Below, one piece after another: positions 49,601-61,280 of a stretch of 64,000 nt of DNA (positions within the stretch are counted from its first letter, which is position 1; every line of letters begins with the position of its first letter). The stretch is from positions 608,001 to 672,000 of the forward strand of contig CAWGJT010000010.1 of the NCBI GenBank assembly GCA_963822965.1, in the 5' to 3' direction. A model generated the notes under the pieces. That model was not told where the DNA came from. It worked only from the letters and a program-made list of their open reading frames with translations, and ran no database searches. The stretch is from an uncultured delta proteobacterium (GTDB taxonomy: Bacteria > Myxococcota_A > UBA9160 > UBA4427). Made by a program: the position numbers and the translations under genes.

Positions 49601-50193
49601 GCGCGTACGCGGCCCGCTACCGGGCCCTGGTGGATCGCGTGGCCCGGGCCGAATCCGTCTGCGTCCCGGGCAGCACCCGGCTGGCGGAGGCGGTGGCGAG
49701 ATACGCCGCGAAGCTGATGGCCTACAAGGACGAGTACGAGGTGGCTCGCCTCTACACGAACGGCGAGTTCCGGCGCCAGCTCGAGGCGGAGTTCGAGGGG
49801 GACTACGAGATCCACCTGCACCTGGCGCCCCAGATGCTGTTCCCGAAGGACCCCGACACCGGCCGCGCCCTGAAGGTGAAGGCGGGCTCCTGGGTGCTGA
49901 CGGCCTTCGCGTGGCTCGCGCGCTTCAAGTTCCTGCGCGGCACTCCCTTCGATCCGTTCGGGCGGGCGGCCCACCGCAAGCTCGAGCGGCAGCTCGTCGC
50001 CGACTACGAGCGCACCGTGGGGGAGCTGCTGGACGGGCTCTGCCCGGACAACATCGACGTGGCCGTCGAGATCGCGAGCCTGCCCGAGGGCATCCGCGGC
50101 TTCTTCGACGTGAAGGAGAAGCACCTCGAGGACGTGCTCGAGAAGCAGGCCGAGCTGTTGGAGGCATTCCGGCTGCGGGGCTCGAGTCGCTGA
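46681..50193 (+). CDS. Indolepyruvate:ferredoxin oxidoreductase, fused single-chain type
   Basis: [39 protein letters not shown] (TPP), [29 protein letters not shown]. Confidence 0.93.
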   Translation: MSQSPQTPPQRPAAGEIDRDYALDDRYRLTSGRVFLTGVQALVRLPLMQRQRDRADGLDTAGFISGYRGSPLGTYDMALWQARSFLEENHVRFEPGVNEDLAATAVWGSQQSNLLPGARYDGVFGIWYGKGPGVDRSGDALKHGNFHGTAPNGGVLALCGDDPGAKSSSLAHQSEQALISFGMPILNPSNVQDYLDFGLYGWALSRYSGCWVGFKCVTDTVESSASVSVDPERVRVRLPDDFEMPPGGVHIRYGTMPTALEERLFLYKLPAAQAFARANGIDRVVLDAPRRRLGIVTTGKAYGDVRQALDELGVDEARARAMGLCLYKVGMSWPLEPEGARRFADGLEEILVVEEKRGVVEEQLAGLLYNLERRPRLLGKRDEQGARLLPEVGELSPDTVVGVLGAWLARRVEGFEVPACPGEVVTVQAAGGGLTRLPSFCSGCPHNTSTVVPEGSVAMGGIGCHGMAVWLPERRTLAVGQMGGEGAAWIGQAPFTETPHIFQNLGDGTYFHSGLLAIRAAVAAKVNITYKILVNGAVAMTGGQPIEGEPMAGEITTPEIAHQLDAEGVRSIVVLSDDVEKYPPGAFPAGVEVHHRDDLARVQRQIRGIKGVTAIVYDQTCAAEARRLRKRGEWPDPDQRIVINEAVCEGCGDCSVQSNCISIEPVETELGRKRKINQSSCNKDYSCLKGYCPSFVSVTGGRLRKTSGEGADTGDTASFASLPDPGPADARRPFNIYVAGIGGTGVVTVGALLGMAAHLEGKGCLLLDVTGLAQKNGPVASHVRIAAAPEDLHASRISKGAADLLLGCDIVVSAGPEGVSKLSPERTVAVVNSHVAPTADFANRPDLDLSSRGMEETIAGASGGHSHVIAATELARALLGDAIAANLFLLGYAYQIGRLPVSLAALERAIELNGRQVEMNKRAVAWGRLAAHDLAAVEKAARPGLRGALEPAPARTLPELVEHRSRLLTDYQSRAYAARYRALVDRVARAESVCVPGSTRLAEAVARYAAKLMAYKDEYEVARLYTNGEFRRQLEAEFEGDYEIHLHLAPQMLFPKDPDTGRALKVKAGSWVLTAFAWLARFKFLRGTPFDPFGRAAHRKLERQLVADYERTVGELLDGLCPDNIDVAVEIASLPEGIRGFFDVKEKHLEDVLEKQAELLEAFRLRGSSR

Positions 50194-50240
50194 GCCGCCG
50201 GGTCCCTCCGTCGGCTGCGCGCGGTGAAGGAGGACGACCG

Positions 50241-51653
50241 ATGGGCTTTCGCAGCGAGCGCGACAGCATGGGCGAGGTGCGGGTCGCCGACGACCGCTAC
50301 TGGGGGGCCCAGACCCAGCGGGCGGTGGAGAGCTTCCGGATCGGCACTGCGCGCTTTCCGCGGGTGTTCCTGCGTGCCTACGGGCTGGTCAAGCAGGCCG
50401 CGGCAGAGGTGAACGGGGCGCTCGGCGAGCTCGCTCCCGACCTGGCCGCCCTCATCGTCGAGGCTTCCCAGGAGGTGATCGACGGTCGTCTCGACGACCA
50501 CTTCCCGCTGGGCCCCTGGCAGACGGGCTCCGGCACCCAGACCCACATGAACGTGAACGAGGTCATCGCCAACCGCGCGAACGAGCGGGCTGGATCGCCC
50601 CTGGGATCGCGCAGCCCCGTGCACCCCAACGACCACGTGAACCGGGGCCAGTCGACCAACGACACGTTCCCCACGGCGATGCACGTGAGCGCGGCGCTCG
50701 CACTGGAGGAGCAGCTCCGCCCGGCGCTCGCGGGCCTGCTGTCCACCCTGGACACCAAGGCCGGGGTCTATCGGGACGTGCTCAAGATCGGCCGTACGCA
50801 CCTGCAGGATGCGGTGCCGCTGAGCCTGGGCCAGGAGATCGGCGGCTGGGCGGCCCAGGTGCGGCACGCGCTGGCGGCGATCGACGCCGGCGGGCCGCGC
50901 CTGCTCGAGCTGGCGGCGGGCGGGACCGCCGTCGGCACCGGTCTCAACAGCCATCCGGACTTCGCTCGGGAGATCGCCGCGGCGCTGGCCCGCAAGACCG
51001 GGCTTGCCTTCGTGAGCGCCCCGGACAAGTTCGCGGCGCTGGCCGGGCACGAAGCCCTGTGCGAGCTGTCGGGCGCCCTGGGGGTGCTGGCGGCTTCGCT
51101 CGTCAAGATCGCCAACGACGTGCGCTGGCTCGCCTCGGGCCCGCGGGCCGGGCTGGGAGAGCTGCGCATCCCGGAGAACGAGCCCGGCTCGTCGATCATG
51201 CCCGGCAAGGTGAACCCGACCCAGGCCGAGGCCCTGGTGATGGTGGGGCTGCGCGTGATGGGCAACCACACGACGGTGAACGTGGCGGCGAGCCAGGGCA
51301 ACTTCGAGCTGAACGTCTGCAAGCCCGTGATCGCCTGGTGTGTGCTGGAGTCGATCCAGCTGCTGGCCGACGCCATCCGCAGCTTCGATGAGCACTGCCT
51401 CCGCGGCCTCGAGCCGATCCCCGAGGCCCTGGCCGACCACCTCTCGCGCTCGCTCATGCTGGTGACCGCGCTCACCCCCCACATCGGCTACGACGCAGCG
51501 GCGGCCATCGCGAAGCGCGCCCACACCGAGGGCCTCACCCTGCGCGAGGCGGCGCTGGCCTCGGGGCTCGTGAACGAGCAGGACTACGACGCCTGGGTGC
51601 GGCCCGAGACCATGCTCGCGCCCCACGCGAGAGTTGCGCCCAGATCCGCATGA
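50241..51653 (+). CDS. fumC: Class II fumarate hydratase
   Basis: [44 protein letters not shown]. Confidence 0.94.
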   Translation: MGFRSERDSMGEVRVADDRYWGAQTQRAVESFRIGTARFPRVFLRAYGLVKQAAAEVNGALGELAPDLAALIVEASQEVIDGRLDDHFPLGPWQTGSGTQTHMNVNEVIANRANERAGSPLGSRSPVHPNDHVNRGQSTNDTFPTAMHVSAALALEEQLRPALAGLLSTLDTKAGVYRDVLKIGRTHLQDAVPLSLGQEIGGWAAQVRHALAAIDAGGPRLLELAAGGTAVGTGLNSHPDFAREIAAALARKTGLAFVSAPDKFAALAGHEALCELSGALGVLAASLVKIANDVRWLASGPRAGLGELRIPENEPGSSIMPGKVNPTQAEALVMVGLRVMGNHTTVNVAASQGNFELNVCKPVIAWCVLESIQLLADAIRSFDEHCLRGLEPIPEALADHLSRSLMLVTALTPHIGYDAAAAIAKRAHTEGLTLREAALASGLVNEQDYDAWVRPETMLAPHARVAPRSA

Positions 51654-51765
51654 CGGATCCGGGCTAGCCGGCCCCGCGGCCAGGGCTCAGGGAATTCCGA
51701 GAAAGACGGCGCAACTCTCCGGAATGACTGGGCTGCTGGCCGGTCCTTGCGGGCGCGAGGGCCGC

Positions 51766-52134
51766 TCAGGCGTCCGATCCGGGCAGGATCCCCCGCTCCC
51801 GCGCCACCCACACGCACATCGCGCCCATCACGAGCGCCGGCAGGGCGTGCGCGAGGGGGTCGTGGGTCACGTGGAAGAAGACGGCGCCGAGCATGATCAC
51901 GAAGAGTCCCGCCGCCGCGAGACCGGCGAGCCGCGGGACGAGCACCCCCACGCCGCCGGCCATCTCGCACCCGCCGATGAAGAGGGCCAGGCCGCCGGGC
52001 AGCCCGAAGGCCTCGAAGCGCTCGGCGGCGACGGCCGGCTCGAAGAAGAGCTTGGTGGCTCCGGAGAGCAGGAAGCCCACCCCGAGCAAACCCGACACGA
52101 TCCACGTCACGACGTTGCGCGTCCCTGCGGTCAT
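51766..52134 (-). CDS. DoxX-family membrane protein
   Basis: FLLSGATKL, IGGCEMAGG..L.P, MLGAVFFH; four TM segments. Confidence 0.82.
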   Translation of the reverse strand: MTAGTRNVVTWIVSGLLGVGFLLSGATKLFFEPAVAAERFEAFGLPGGLALFIGGCEMAGGVGVLVPRLAGLAAAGLFVIMLGAVFFHVTHDPLAHALPALVMGAMCVWVARERGILPGSDA

Positions 52135-52191
52135 CCCCGTTCCTCCGGATTCGGAGGCCCGCGCCGCGCGGGCTCCGGCCGGAGCAGGGTA

Positions 52192-53346
52192 TCACCGCCG
52201 GCGGTGTCGGGGGCGGCGCGAGACGCGGCGGAGGCCCGCGAGGAAGAGCAGGGCGGCGGCGCCCAGGGTGGAGGCGTCCGGCTCCGGCAGTGCATAGCTC
52301 GTCGGGACGAACTTCCCGGCGACGTCGATGATCTCGAGCCGCGTGGCGAGGGCGGCCTCCGACGCCGCGAGGTCGGCGCACCCGAGGGTCGTCTCCGCGA
52401 ATCCGAACGGCGCGGCGCCGTCCGGGATCAGGGAGCCCTGGACGGGATCGATCAGCAGCACCCGGCGGCCCGGTGCGGCGCACTCGAACGCGGGCGCACC
52501 GACCGTCCCGACGCCGAGACACGCAGCCGACGCGATGGTGAACGGGGCGCCGGTGGCCGCCTCGGGCTCGAGGTCGCTGGGGCTCTGGGGGTCCGCCGCC
52601 ATCACGACGCCGGACTGGTCGACGTCGAAGCAGCCGACCACGCCCGGCTCGGGCAATGCGGTGAGAGGAGCCTCGCGGAACAAGGCTCGCTGATTGGCGG
52701 GTACCACGGCCAGGTAGGGCACGAGCAGCTGGGTCGGTCGCGGCAGGTCGTGGATCGCGTCCGCGACCTCCATCCCCTCGATCACCTCGCCGAAGACCGT
52801 GAAGCCGCCGTCGACGTCGTCGAGGAAGACGTTCTGGTCGTCGAGGTTGACGAACCACTCGCTGGTCGCGCTGTTCGGGGAGCCTCCGACCCTGGCCATG
52901 GCGATCGTTCCCCGGACGTTCGAGATGCAGGGCTCGTTCGGGATGGGATCCGCTCGATCGATCGATTCGAATGTGGTCCCCTCGGTGCGGTAGCCGCCCA
53001 TCTGGATCACGAAGGGCATCCCGCCGGTGCTGGTCGCAGCCCGGTGCACGATGGTGCCGACGTACGCGCCGCCGCGGATGTAGTCGAGAAAGTTCGCGAC
53101 CGTGAGAGGTGCCACGGTCGGATAGAGCTCGATCCGCATGGTCCCGAGCGGCGTCGTCACCTCGACCTGGGTACGCCCCGCCGCGGGAACGAGGTCGCAG
53201 CCGGCCATCGTCGGCGGCACGGCTCCGGCCGACCCCCCGGCCAGCAGCCCGGCCAGGGCCAGCCCGGCGACGCGGCTCGCGCGCGCGAGAGCGCGGCGCC
53301 GGGCGCCGGGTCGAGACCGGGTCTGTGTCGGAGTCCTCGCTCGCAT
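52192..53346 (-). CDS. Cyclophilin-type peptidyl-prolyl isomerase with extra domain and PEP-CTERM tail
   Basis: APLTVANF, HR...FVIQ.GG, RGTIAMAR, SATSEWFVN, FTVFG; LPEPDASTLGAAALLFLAGLRRVSRR; signal peptide. Confidence 0.88.
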   Translation of the reverse strand: MRARTPTQTRSRPGARRRALARASRVAGLALAGLLAGGSAGAVPPTMAGCDLVPAAGRTQVEVTTPLGTMRIELYPTVAPLTVANFLDYIRGGAYVGTIVHRAATSTGGMPFVIQMGGYRTEGTTFESIDRADPIPNEPCISNVRGTIAMARVGGSPNSATSEWFVNLDDQNVFLDDVDGGFTVFGEVIEGMEVADAIHDLPRPTQLLVPYLAVVPANQRALFREAPLTALPEPGVVGCFDVDQSGVVMAADPQSPSDLEPEAATGAPFTIASAACLGVGTVGAPAFECAAPGRRVLLIDPVQGSLIPDGAAPFGFAETTLGCADLAASEAALATRLEIIDVAGKFVPTSYALPEPDASTLGAAALLFLAGLRRVSRRPRHRRR

Positions 53347-53770
53347 CGTCCACCTCGCTGCTCGCTTCCGCCCGCGGCGATCGCGCGCGGCGAACTCTAG
53401 CCAGTGGCGTCCGGCCGTCGCAGCGCATCGGGCGTGCGCAGGCCGTGCGCAGCCCGCGCCCGAGCGGTCCGCGGGGCTCGAGGCGGCGTTCCCGCGGAAC
53501 CGAGCGGCCGCCAGGCGTGTCGGATCGACCGGTGCCGCGACCGGCGCGGCCCGCGAAACCCGGGTGAAGCTCGCCCAGCCGGCTGGAAATACCCGGAACG
53601 TCTTGGATTTCCGAGTGCCCAGCGGGTACTTTCCGCGCGCCCCTGTGCTCCGGCCTCCTGATTCCCCTCGGGCCGTGAGCCCCGAGGCGCTCTCGCGTCG
53701 TCCGCCGGTGCGAGGCGTTCCAAGGTGAGCCCGACCGGTGCAGGTGAGTGACGAGACAAGGAGGAAGGTG

Positions 53771-54754
<984 letters not shown>

Positions 54755-54774
54755 TCGGGCTCGGGAGCGTTCGG

Positions 54775-55761
54775 GTGCTGGCGCGCGAAATCCTGCAACG
54801 GGTCCGGGAGATCCAGGTCCGCACCGGCCGGCAGGTGGCCGATGTGCTGGCGGGCGAGTACGTCTCGGTCTTCAAGGGGCGCGGTATCGAGTTCGAGGAG
54901 GTGCGCCCGTACGTCCCCGGCGACGACGTGCGCAGCATCGACTGGAACGTCACGGCCCGCACCGGCGAGCCCTTCGTCAAGCGATACGTGGAGGAGCGTC
55001 AGCTCACGCTGATGCTGATGGCGGACGTGTCGGCCTCCCAGGACTTCGGCTCGTCGTCGCGCTCGAAGCGCGAGGCCACCGCCGAGCTGTGCGCGCTGCT
55101 GGCGTTCTCCGCCAGCCGCAACGACGACAAGGTGGGGCTCACGCTCTTCCACGGCGGCATCGAGGAGTACATCCCGCCGCGCAAGGGGCAGAAGCACGCC
55201 CTGCGCGTGGTGCGCGAGGTGCTGGCCCACGGCGAGGACGCGCCCGGCCTCGAGGCGGCTCCCGCGGCCCCTCGCGTCCGTCTCGGCAGCGTGGCGGCTT
55301 GGGCGAGGGCGCGCGCCCGGGGGCTGCGGCGCCCGCGGCCCGCACGCCAGTCGACGAGCATCGCGCGGGCGATGGAGTTCCTGCTCTCGGTCACCAAGCG
55401 CCGCACGATCTGCTTCGTGGTGAGCGACTTCCTCGACGAGGGCTGGGAGCGGGCACTCACGACGGCGAACCAGCGCCACGACGTGATCGCGGTGCTCGTG
55501 ACCGATCCCCGCGAGCTCGCCCTCGACGACGTGGGGCTCGTCGCCCTGCGCGACGCGGAGACCGGCCAGGCGCGGCTCTACGATACGGGGTCCGGCGCCT
55601 TCCGGGACGCCGTGCAGCGCGGCGCGGACGAGCGGGTGGCGCGCGTGGAACGCCGCATGCGCCGGGTCGGCATCGACTTCATTCACGTCGACGCGGCGGG
55701 ATCGGTGGTGGATCCGCTGGTGCGCTTCTTCCGGATGCGCGAACGGAGGCTCCGGCGGTGA
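54775..55761 (+). CDS. DUF58 domain protein
   Basis: FKGRGIEFEEVRPY.PGDDVR.IDWNVTAR, DVSAS, VSDF. Confidence 0.92.
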   Translation: MLAREILQRVREIQVRTGRQVADVLAGEYVSVFKGRGIEFEEVRPYVPGDDVRSIDWNVTARTGEPFVKRYVEERQLTLMLMADVSASQDFGSSSRSKREATAELCALLAFSASRNDDKVGLTLFHGGIEEYIPPRKGQKHALRVVREVLAHGEDAPGLEAAPAAPRVRLGSVAAWARARARGLRRPRPARQSTSIARAMEFLLSVTKRRTICFVVSDFLDEGWERALTTANQRHDVIAVLVTDPRELALDDVGLVALRDAETGQARLYDTGSGAFRDAVQRGADERVARVERRMRRVGIDFIHVDAAGSVVDPLVRFFRMRERRLRR

Positions 55762-56777
55762 CGCGTGGCTTCGGAGGACGCGGCCGCGTGTCGTGCGGCG
55801 GCCGTCTCGCGCCCGTGCTCCTGCTGGCGCTGGCCGCGAGCGGCGGTGCCGCGCGTCCGGCCGCGGCCGCCAGCGCCCACAGCGAGAGCGGGCCGGTGCA
55901 GGCCACCGTCTCGGTGGAGCCCGAGAGCCCCCGCATCGGCGACCCCATCCACCTCGAGCTCGAGGTCGTCGCGGAGCCGGGCGTCGAGCTCCTGATGCCC
56001 GAGTTCGGCGAGGCCCTCGATCGATTCGCGGTGGTCGACTTCGCGCCGTCCGAGCGGGTGGACGACGAGGGACGCACGGTGGCGCGCCAGCGCTACACGC
56101 TGCAGGCGGCGCGCTCGGGCGAGCAGAGCGTGCCGCCGCTGCTGATCGAGTTCATCGACCGGCGTCCCGGTCGCGCGCCGACCCCGGACGACGCCGACGC
56201 CTACGAGCTGCTGACCGAACGGCTCCCGTTCACGGTCCAGACGGTCCTCTCCTCCGACGACAGCCTCGAGCTGGAGCCCGCCCGGGGTGCGCTGGAGCCG
56301 CTGACGGAGCCGGGAAGGCCGGTGTGGCCGTGGCTGCTCGCGGGCGCTGCCGTGCTCGCGGCCGCGGCGCCGTTCGGAGCCCGCCTGTGGGTGGCCCGGC
56401 GGGCGCGGGGCCGGCGCCGCACGGCCTACGAGCAGGCCCGCAGCGAGCTCGATGCGCTGCTCTACGGCCCGCGCCCCGCGCCGGACGATCCGGCCGCGGT
56501 GGACGCCTTCTACGTGGTGCTCTCCGGCATCGTGCGTCGCTACCTGGAGAACCGCTTCGGCCTCCACTCGCCCGAGCAGACCACCGACGAGTTCCTGGAG
56601 GACCTGGCCCGCTCGCCGGATCTCGAGCGCTCCCACCAGGATCTGCTGCGGGACTTCCTGCGCGGCGCCGACCTCGTGAAGTTCGCCCACCAGCTGCCCG
56701 ACGCCTCGGGGATGAACGCGTCGGTGAGCCTCGCCCAGCGCTTCCTCGAGGAGACCGGGGAGGCGCGTGATGCCTGA
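55758..56777 (+). CDS. Exported, membrane-anchored Bat-operon protein
   Basis: Signal peptide, IGDPI.L.L Ig-like start, one TM, FY..LS.IVRRYLE...EQTTDE...ADLVKFA. Confidence 0.75.
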   Translation: MTRGFGGRGRVSCGGRLAPVLLLALAASGGAARPAAAASAHSESGPVQATVSVEPESPRIGDPIHLELEVVAEPGVELLMPEFGEALDRFAVVDFAPSERVDDEGRTVARQRYTLQAARSGEQSVPPLLIEFIDRRPGRAPTPDDADAYELLTERLPFTVQTVLSSDDSLELEPARGALEPLTEPGRPVWPWLLAGAAVLAAAAPFGARLWVARRARGRRRTAYEQARSELDALLYGPRPAPDDPAAVDAFYVVLSGIVRRYLENRFGLHSPEQTTDEFLEDLARSPDLERSHQDLLRDFLRGADLVKFAHQLPDASGMNASVSLAQRFLEETGEARDA

Positions 56778-57789
56778 TTGGGGTGGTCTCGAGCTGCGCG
56801 ATCCGTTCTTTCTGCTCGTCGGCCTGCTGGCGATTCCGGTCTATCTGCTGGCGTCGCGGCTGCCCGCGGCAGTCACGTACTCGAGCCTGGCGCTCGTCGA
56901 CCGAGCGCCTCGATCCCTGCGCACCCGGCTGGCGTCGCTTCCCGCCGGCCTGCTCGCCTTCGCGGTGCTGGCGCTGGCCGTCGCGCTCGCGGGTCCGCGA
57001 ACGGGGGACGCCACCAGCAAGGTCCACAAGGAGGGCATCGCCATCGCGATGGTGGTGGACCGATCCGGCTCCATGCAGGCCCGCGACTTCGTGGAGGGAG
57101 ACGCCAGCGCCAACCGGCTGGACGTGGTCAAGAAGGTGTTCCGGGACTTCGTCCAGAAGCCCGACCGGCGCGACGATCTCATCGGGCTGGTCACCTTCGC
57201 GCGCTACGCCGACGGCGCCTGTCCGCTCACGAGCGACCACGGCAATCTGCTCTCCATCCTCGAGCAGCAGGAGATCGTGAGCGAGCGCGAGGAGGACGGC
57301 ACCGCCGTGGGGGAGGGCCTGGCGCTGGCGGTCGAACGCCTGCGTCACCAGGAGGTGCGCTCGAAGGTCGCGATCGTGCTGACCGACGGCGTCAACAACG
57401 CCGGCAACATCACGCCGCTGCAGGCGGCGGAGCTCGCCGAGCAGTACGGCATCAAGGTCTACACCATCGGTGCCGGGCGGACGGGCTGGGCCCCGGTGCC
57501 GGTACGGCTGCCGGGGGGCGCGGTCGCCCTGCGTCGGGCCTTCGTCGAGATGGACGAGGACACCCTGCGCGAGATCGCCGAGCGCACCGGCGCGCGCTAC
57601 TTCCACGCCACCGACGCCGACGCCCTCGAGCAGGTGATCGACGAGATCGACCACCTCGAGCGCAGCGAGATCGTCGAGGTCCGCTACCTCGAGTACGAGC
57701 CGCACTATGCGGGCTTCGTGGTGGCCGCCCTGGCGCTCATGCTCGCCTCGTCCCTGCTCTCGGGTACCTGGCTGCGGAGGCTGCCGTGA
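56770..57789 (+). CDS. batA: BatA-like VWA protein
   Basis: N-terminal TM, LAGP, MIDAS DRSGSM, IGLVTFA, GTAVGEG, LTDGVNN, IKVYTIG. Confidence 0.88.
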   Translation: MPDWGGLELRDPFFLLVGLLAIPVYLLASRLPAAVTYSSLALVDRAPRSLRTRLASLPAGLLAFAVLALAVALAGPRTGDATSKVHKEGIAIAMVVDRSGSMQARDFVEGDASANRLDVVKKVFRDFVQKPDRRDDLIGLVTFARYADGACPLTSDHGNLLSILEQQEIVSEREEDGTAVGEGLALAVERLRHQEVRSKVAIVLTDGVNNAGNITPLQAAELAEQYGIKVYTIGAGRTGWAPVPVRLPGGAVALRRAFVEMDEDTLREIAERTGARYFHATDADALEQVIDEIDHLERSEIVEVRYLEYEPHYAGFVVAALALMLASSLLSGTWLRRLP

Positions 57790-60700
57790 GCGGGTTCCGC
57801 TTCGCCGACCCCCAGCTCGCCCACGCGCTGTGGGCCGTGCTGGCCTTCGTGGCGCTGCTCTACTGGCTCGACCTTCGCGGCGGCACGGCGCTCGACGGAC
57901 TGGTGGGTCCCGCGCTGCAGGCCCGTCTCGTGCGTCGCCCGGGGGCCTGGCGGCGCCGGCTGCGGATCGCCCTGCTGGGCCTGGCTGCTACCTGCGCGGT
58001 GCTCGCGCTCATGCGCCCGCAGTGGGGCATGCGCGTGGTGCCGGCGTCCCGGGCCGGCGCGCAGATCATGGTGGCCCTGGACGTGTCGCGCTCGATGCTC
58101 GCCGAGGACGTCGCCCCCAACCGGCTGGAGCGCGCGAAGGCCGAGATCGTCGACCTGCTCTCGTACCTGGACGGCGACCAGGTGGGCCTGATCGCGTTCG
58201 CGGGCCGCGCCAGCGTGCTCTCACCGCTCACGCCGGACTTCGGCTTCCTGCGGCTGGTGCTCGAGGGCACCGGCCCCGGAAGCGTGACGCGGGGCGGCAC
58301 GAAGCTGGCGGAGCCGATCCGCAAGGCCGTGGCGGGCTTCGGTCCCGCGGAGGGCGCGTCCCGGGCGATCCTGCTCATCACCGACGGCGAGGACCACGAC
58401 TCCTTCGCCCTCGACGCGGCCCGCGAGGCGGCGGCGGCCGGGGTCAAGATCATCGCCATCGGCTTCGGGGACGAGAACGGCAGCGAGATCCGCATCACCG
58501 ACCCGCGCACGGGCGCCCGCACGCTCCTGCGCGACGCCGCGGGGCAGCCCGTGCGGACCCGACTCGACGGCGACCTGCTGCGGGAGCTGGCGCTCGCGAC
58601 CGACGGCGCCTACGTGCCGGCGGGCACCGGCGTGCTGGACCTCGAGTCCATCTACGAGCAGCACATCGCGAGGCTGACGCGCGGCGAGCTCGATGGAACC
58701 CGCACCGTCCGCGACGAGGGCTACCCGTGGTTCGTGCTCCTCGCGCTGGTCTTCCTGGTGTCGAGCGCCGTGGTCTCGGCGGGGCGCCTGCGCGGGGTGG
58801 CAGCAGCCGCCATGCTGGTGGCGCTGGTGGCACCCGTTCGCCCGGCAGTCGCCCAGGCGCCCGCTGGCCAGGCGCCCCCTCTCCAGGCGCCCCCGCCCCA
58901 GGCGCCGGCCGCGGCGGCCGACGAGGACACGGCGGCCGACGCCACCGCACCGGAGCCGACCGCTCCCGAGCGCGCCCCCGACCCGCGCCAGGTGTACAAC
59001 GACGCCGTCGAGGCGATCTCCCGCAACGCCTGGGACGACGCGGAGCGGCTGCTCGGCCGCGCGCGCCGGGACGCGGGTGCCGACGACGAGCTGCGCTTCG
59101 ACGCCTCCTACAACCTCGGCTGGGTGAGCGTGCAGCAGGCGGGCCGGGTGCAGGGCGAGTCGCCGAAGCAGGCGCTCGATCTCCTGTACCGGGGCGCCGA
59201 CTGGTTCCGCGAGGCCGTGCGCCTGCGGCCCGACGAAGACGTGGCGCGACACAACCTGGAGGTCACCCTGCAGCGCGCGCTCGTGCTGGCGGACGAGCTG
59301 GCGCGCAACGCCGAGGGCGGGGTCGAGGGCGCCCTGGCCGAGCTGGCGCAGCGCCAGCGGAACGTGGTGGCGGGCGTGGCCGGCCTGATCGAATCCGCCA
59401 GCCAGGATCCCGCCGACGCGACGGCGGCCGGCGAGGCACTGCGCGGCGCCTTCCGGGCCCAGGCCACGGCCCAGCGGACGGTGCTGTCGGACGCCGACCA
59501 GCTGGCCTCGCGCGTGGGCGACGAGCGTGACGGCATCCAGGCGCGGCCCGAGGCGGAGCGCACGCCCGAGGACGCCATGCGCGCGGCGCAGCTCTCCAAC
59601 GTGTTGGACTATCTCCACCAGGCCCGGGAGCGCATGGGGCAGGCCCGCAGCCAGCTCCGACAGCGCCAGGCCGGCCGAGCGTATCGACGGACCTCCGCGG
59701 CGCTCACCCTGCTGAAGCGGGCCGGCGACCAGCTGCGAGATCCCGTGGCGGTCCTCGACCTGCTGCTGGCGGACGCCGGTGAGGCGGCCCGCGGCACCGC
59801 GCTGGTGAGCCTGTCGCAGAAGCAGGTGCCCGGGCTGGCGGACACGCTGCCCCCGGTGCCGCCGTGGCTCACCGTCGAGGGTCTCGCCGACGACCAGACC
59901 GCCCTCGCCGAGCGGACCGACGAGCTGCATGCCCGTTTCGCCGCGGGCCTCGAGCACGCCGCCACGGCGGATCTCGCGTCGATCCCGCCCGAGCAGGCCG
60001 AGATGCTCGCGGCGGTGCGCGAAGCCGAGCCGATGGTGGGGCAGGCGGCGGAGGCCGCCCGGAAGGCGGCCGCCAGCCTGGAGGCGGCCGCCCTGGACGA
60101 CGTTCCGGAGAGCCAGCGGCACTTCCTGGAGGCGCTGGCCGGCGCGCGCGAGCGCTTTCTCGACGTGCGTGGTCTCATCGAGGCGCTGTACCAGGACGAG
60201 AAGCAGATCGCAGAGGTGGTGCGGGCCGAAGGTCCGGAGGCCGAGGCTCGCCGGGAGGAGTTCGTGCCGGCCCTGCGCACCGCCCAGACGCGCAACCTCG
60301 AGCGCGCGACGCGCCTCCAGGCCAAGCTCGCGGATCGACAGTCGAGCCTCGAGGCCGCGGCCAACGCGGCACCGGACGCGGGCGCGGACCCGAAGGCCCC
60401 GCCGCCCGACCCGGAGCGCCTGGAGCAGGATCGCAAGCACCTCGAGCTGGCGAGCCAGGTGCTGACCCTCGCCACCGGCGCGATGGACGGCGTGCACAAG
60501 GGGCTGGGGGATGCCGCGCAGCCGGGCGCGGAGCAACCGCAGATCGACTGGGACTGGGTCCGCAGCGACGCCGCCACGGCGGTGGACCACATCGAGACCC
60601 TGCGCCGCCTGTTCTTCTCCATCAGCGAGCACCTGCGCGACGTGGCGGTGCGGCAGCTCGACCTGGCCGACCGCACCCAGGACGCCCTGGCACGGGCGGC

Positions 60701-61280
60701 GGCACCGGATGTGGACGCGACCGCCGAGGCCGCGCCCTTCGTCGACGTCGAGAAGGGGCTCGCCGATCAGACCCTGGTGATCGCCAACGCCCTGGAGGAG
60801 CAGTCGAATGACGCGGGCGGCGCCGCGGCCCAGGACCCCAAGGCCGAGGAGGCCGGCGAACGCCTGCGCAAGGCCGCCGAGCACGTGCTGCTCGCGCAGG
60901 GCCAGATGGAGGGCGCGACCGGCTCGCTCGGCGCCCCGGCCGACCTGCCGGCGGCCCGCAAGGCCCAGGACGGGGCGATCGACGAGCTGAAGCAGGCCCT
61001 GGCGATCCTGGAGCCACCCAAGCCCGACGAGCAGCAGGGCGATTCGCAGAAGCAGCAGCAGAAGCAGCAACAGGCCCAGCAGCCCTCCCAGGACCAGCAG
61101 CAGCAGGGCGCGAAGGGCCAGGCCGGCCAGCAGGCCGGCCAGGAAGACCAGCAGAAGCAGGACATGCAGGGGATCGATCCCGGGCAGCTGCTGCAGGAGG
61201 TGCGCGATCGCGAGGCCCAGCGGCGTCGCGAACGCTCGAACCGCCAGCAGGGCTACGAGACCGTGGAGAAGGACTGGTGA
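57786..61280 (+). CDS. BatB-like VWA protein fused to TPR, long helical region and Gln-rich BatC-like tail (1164 aa)
   Basis: RPQWG, DVSRSM.AEDV.PNRL, ITDGEDH; YNLG and ARHNLE TPR-like motifs; Q-rich linker; C-terminal VEKDW. Confidence 0.85.
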   Translation: MSGFRFADPQLAHALWAVLAFVALLYWLDLRGGTALDGLVGPALQARLVRRPGAWRRRLRIALLGLAATCAVLALMRPQWGMRVVPASRAGAQIMVALDVSRSMLAEDVAPNRLERAKAEIVDLLSYLDGDQVGLIAFAGRASVLSPLTPDFGFLRLVLEGTGPGSVTRGGTKLAEPIRKAVAGFGPAEGASRAILLITDGEDHDSFALDAAREAAAAGVKIIAIGFGDENGSEIRITDPRTGARTLLRDAAGQPVRTRLDGDLLRELALATDGAYVPAGTGVLDLESIYEQHIARLTRGELDGTRTVRDEGYPWFVLLALVFLVSSAVVSAGRLRGVAAAAMLVALVAPVRPAVAQAPAGQAPPLQAPPPQAPAAAADEDTAADATAPEPTAPERAPDPRQVYNDAVEAISRNAWDDAERLLGRARRDAGADDELRFDASYNLGWVSVQQAGRVQGESPKQALDLLYRGADWFREAVRLRPDEDVARHNLEVTLQRALVLADELARNAEGGVEGALAELAQRQRNVVAGVAGLIESASQDPADATAAGEALRGAFRAQATAQRTVLSDADQLASRVGDERDGIQARPEAERTPEDAMRAAQLSNVLDYLHQARERMGQARSQLRQRQAGRAYRRTSAALTLLKRAGDQLRDPVAVLDLLLADAGEAARGTALVSLSQKQVPGLADTLPPVPPWLTVEGLADDQTALAERTDELHARFAAGLEHAATADLASIPPEQAEMLAAVREAEPMVGQAAEAARKAAASLEAAALDDVPESQRHFLEALAGARERFLDVRGLIEALYQDEKQIAEVVRAEGPEAEARREEFVPALRTAQTRNLERATRLQAKLADRQSSLEAAANAAPDAGADPKAPPPDPERLEQDRKHLELASQVLTLATGAMDGVHKGLGDAAQPGAEQPQIDWDWVRSDAATAVDHIETLRRLFFSISEHLRDVAVRQLDLADRTQDALARAAAPDVDATAEAAPFVDVEKGLADQTLVIANALEEQSNDAGGAAAQDPKAEEAGERLRKAAEHVLLAQGQMEGATGSLGAPADLPAARKAQDGAIDELKQALAILEPPKPDEQQGDSQKQQQKQQQAQQPSQDQQQQGAKGQAGQQAGQEDQQKQDMQGIDPGQLLQEVRDREAQRRRERSNRQQGYETVEKDW

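Noticed and set aside
45648..51653. 2001-aa ORF
   Set aside because: Only the last 470 aa (from 50241) are real (FumC); the rest is an off-frame shadow of the IOR and neighbouring genes in GC-rich DNA
51736..51750. Sigma-54-like TGGCCGGTCCTTGC
   Set aside because: GG-to-GC spacing is one base short, and it lies between convergent gene ends
53347..53770. Long intergenic region as a riboswitch or ncRNA candidate
   Set aside because: GC-rich hairpins are possible but I recognise no conserved RNA motif; an Rfam search is needed
61030..61165. CAG-rich low-complexity tract
   Set aside because: Encodes the Gln-rich linker typical of BatC-like tails, not an independent repeat element
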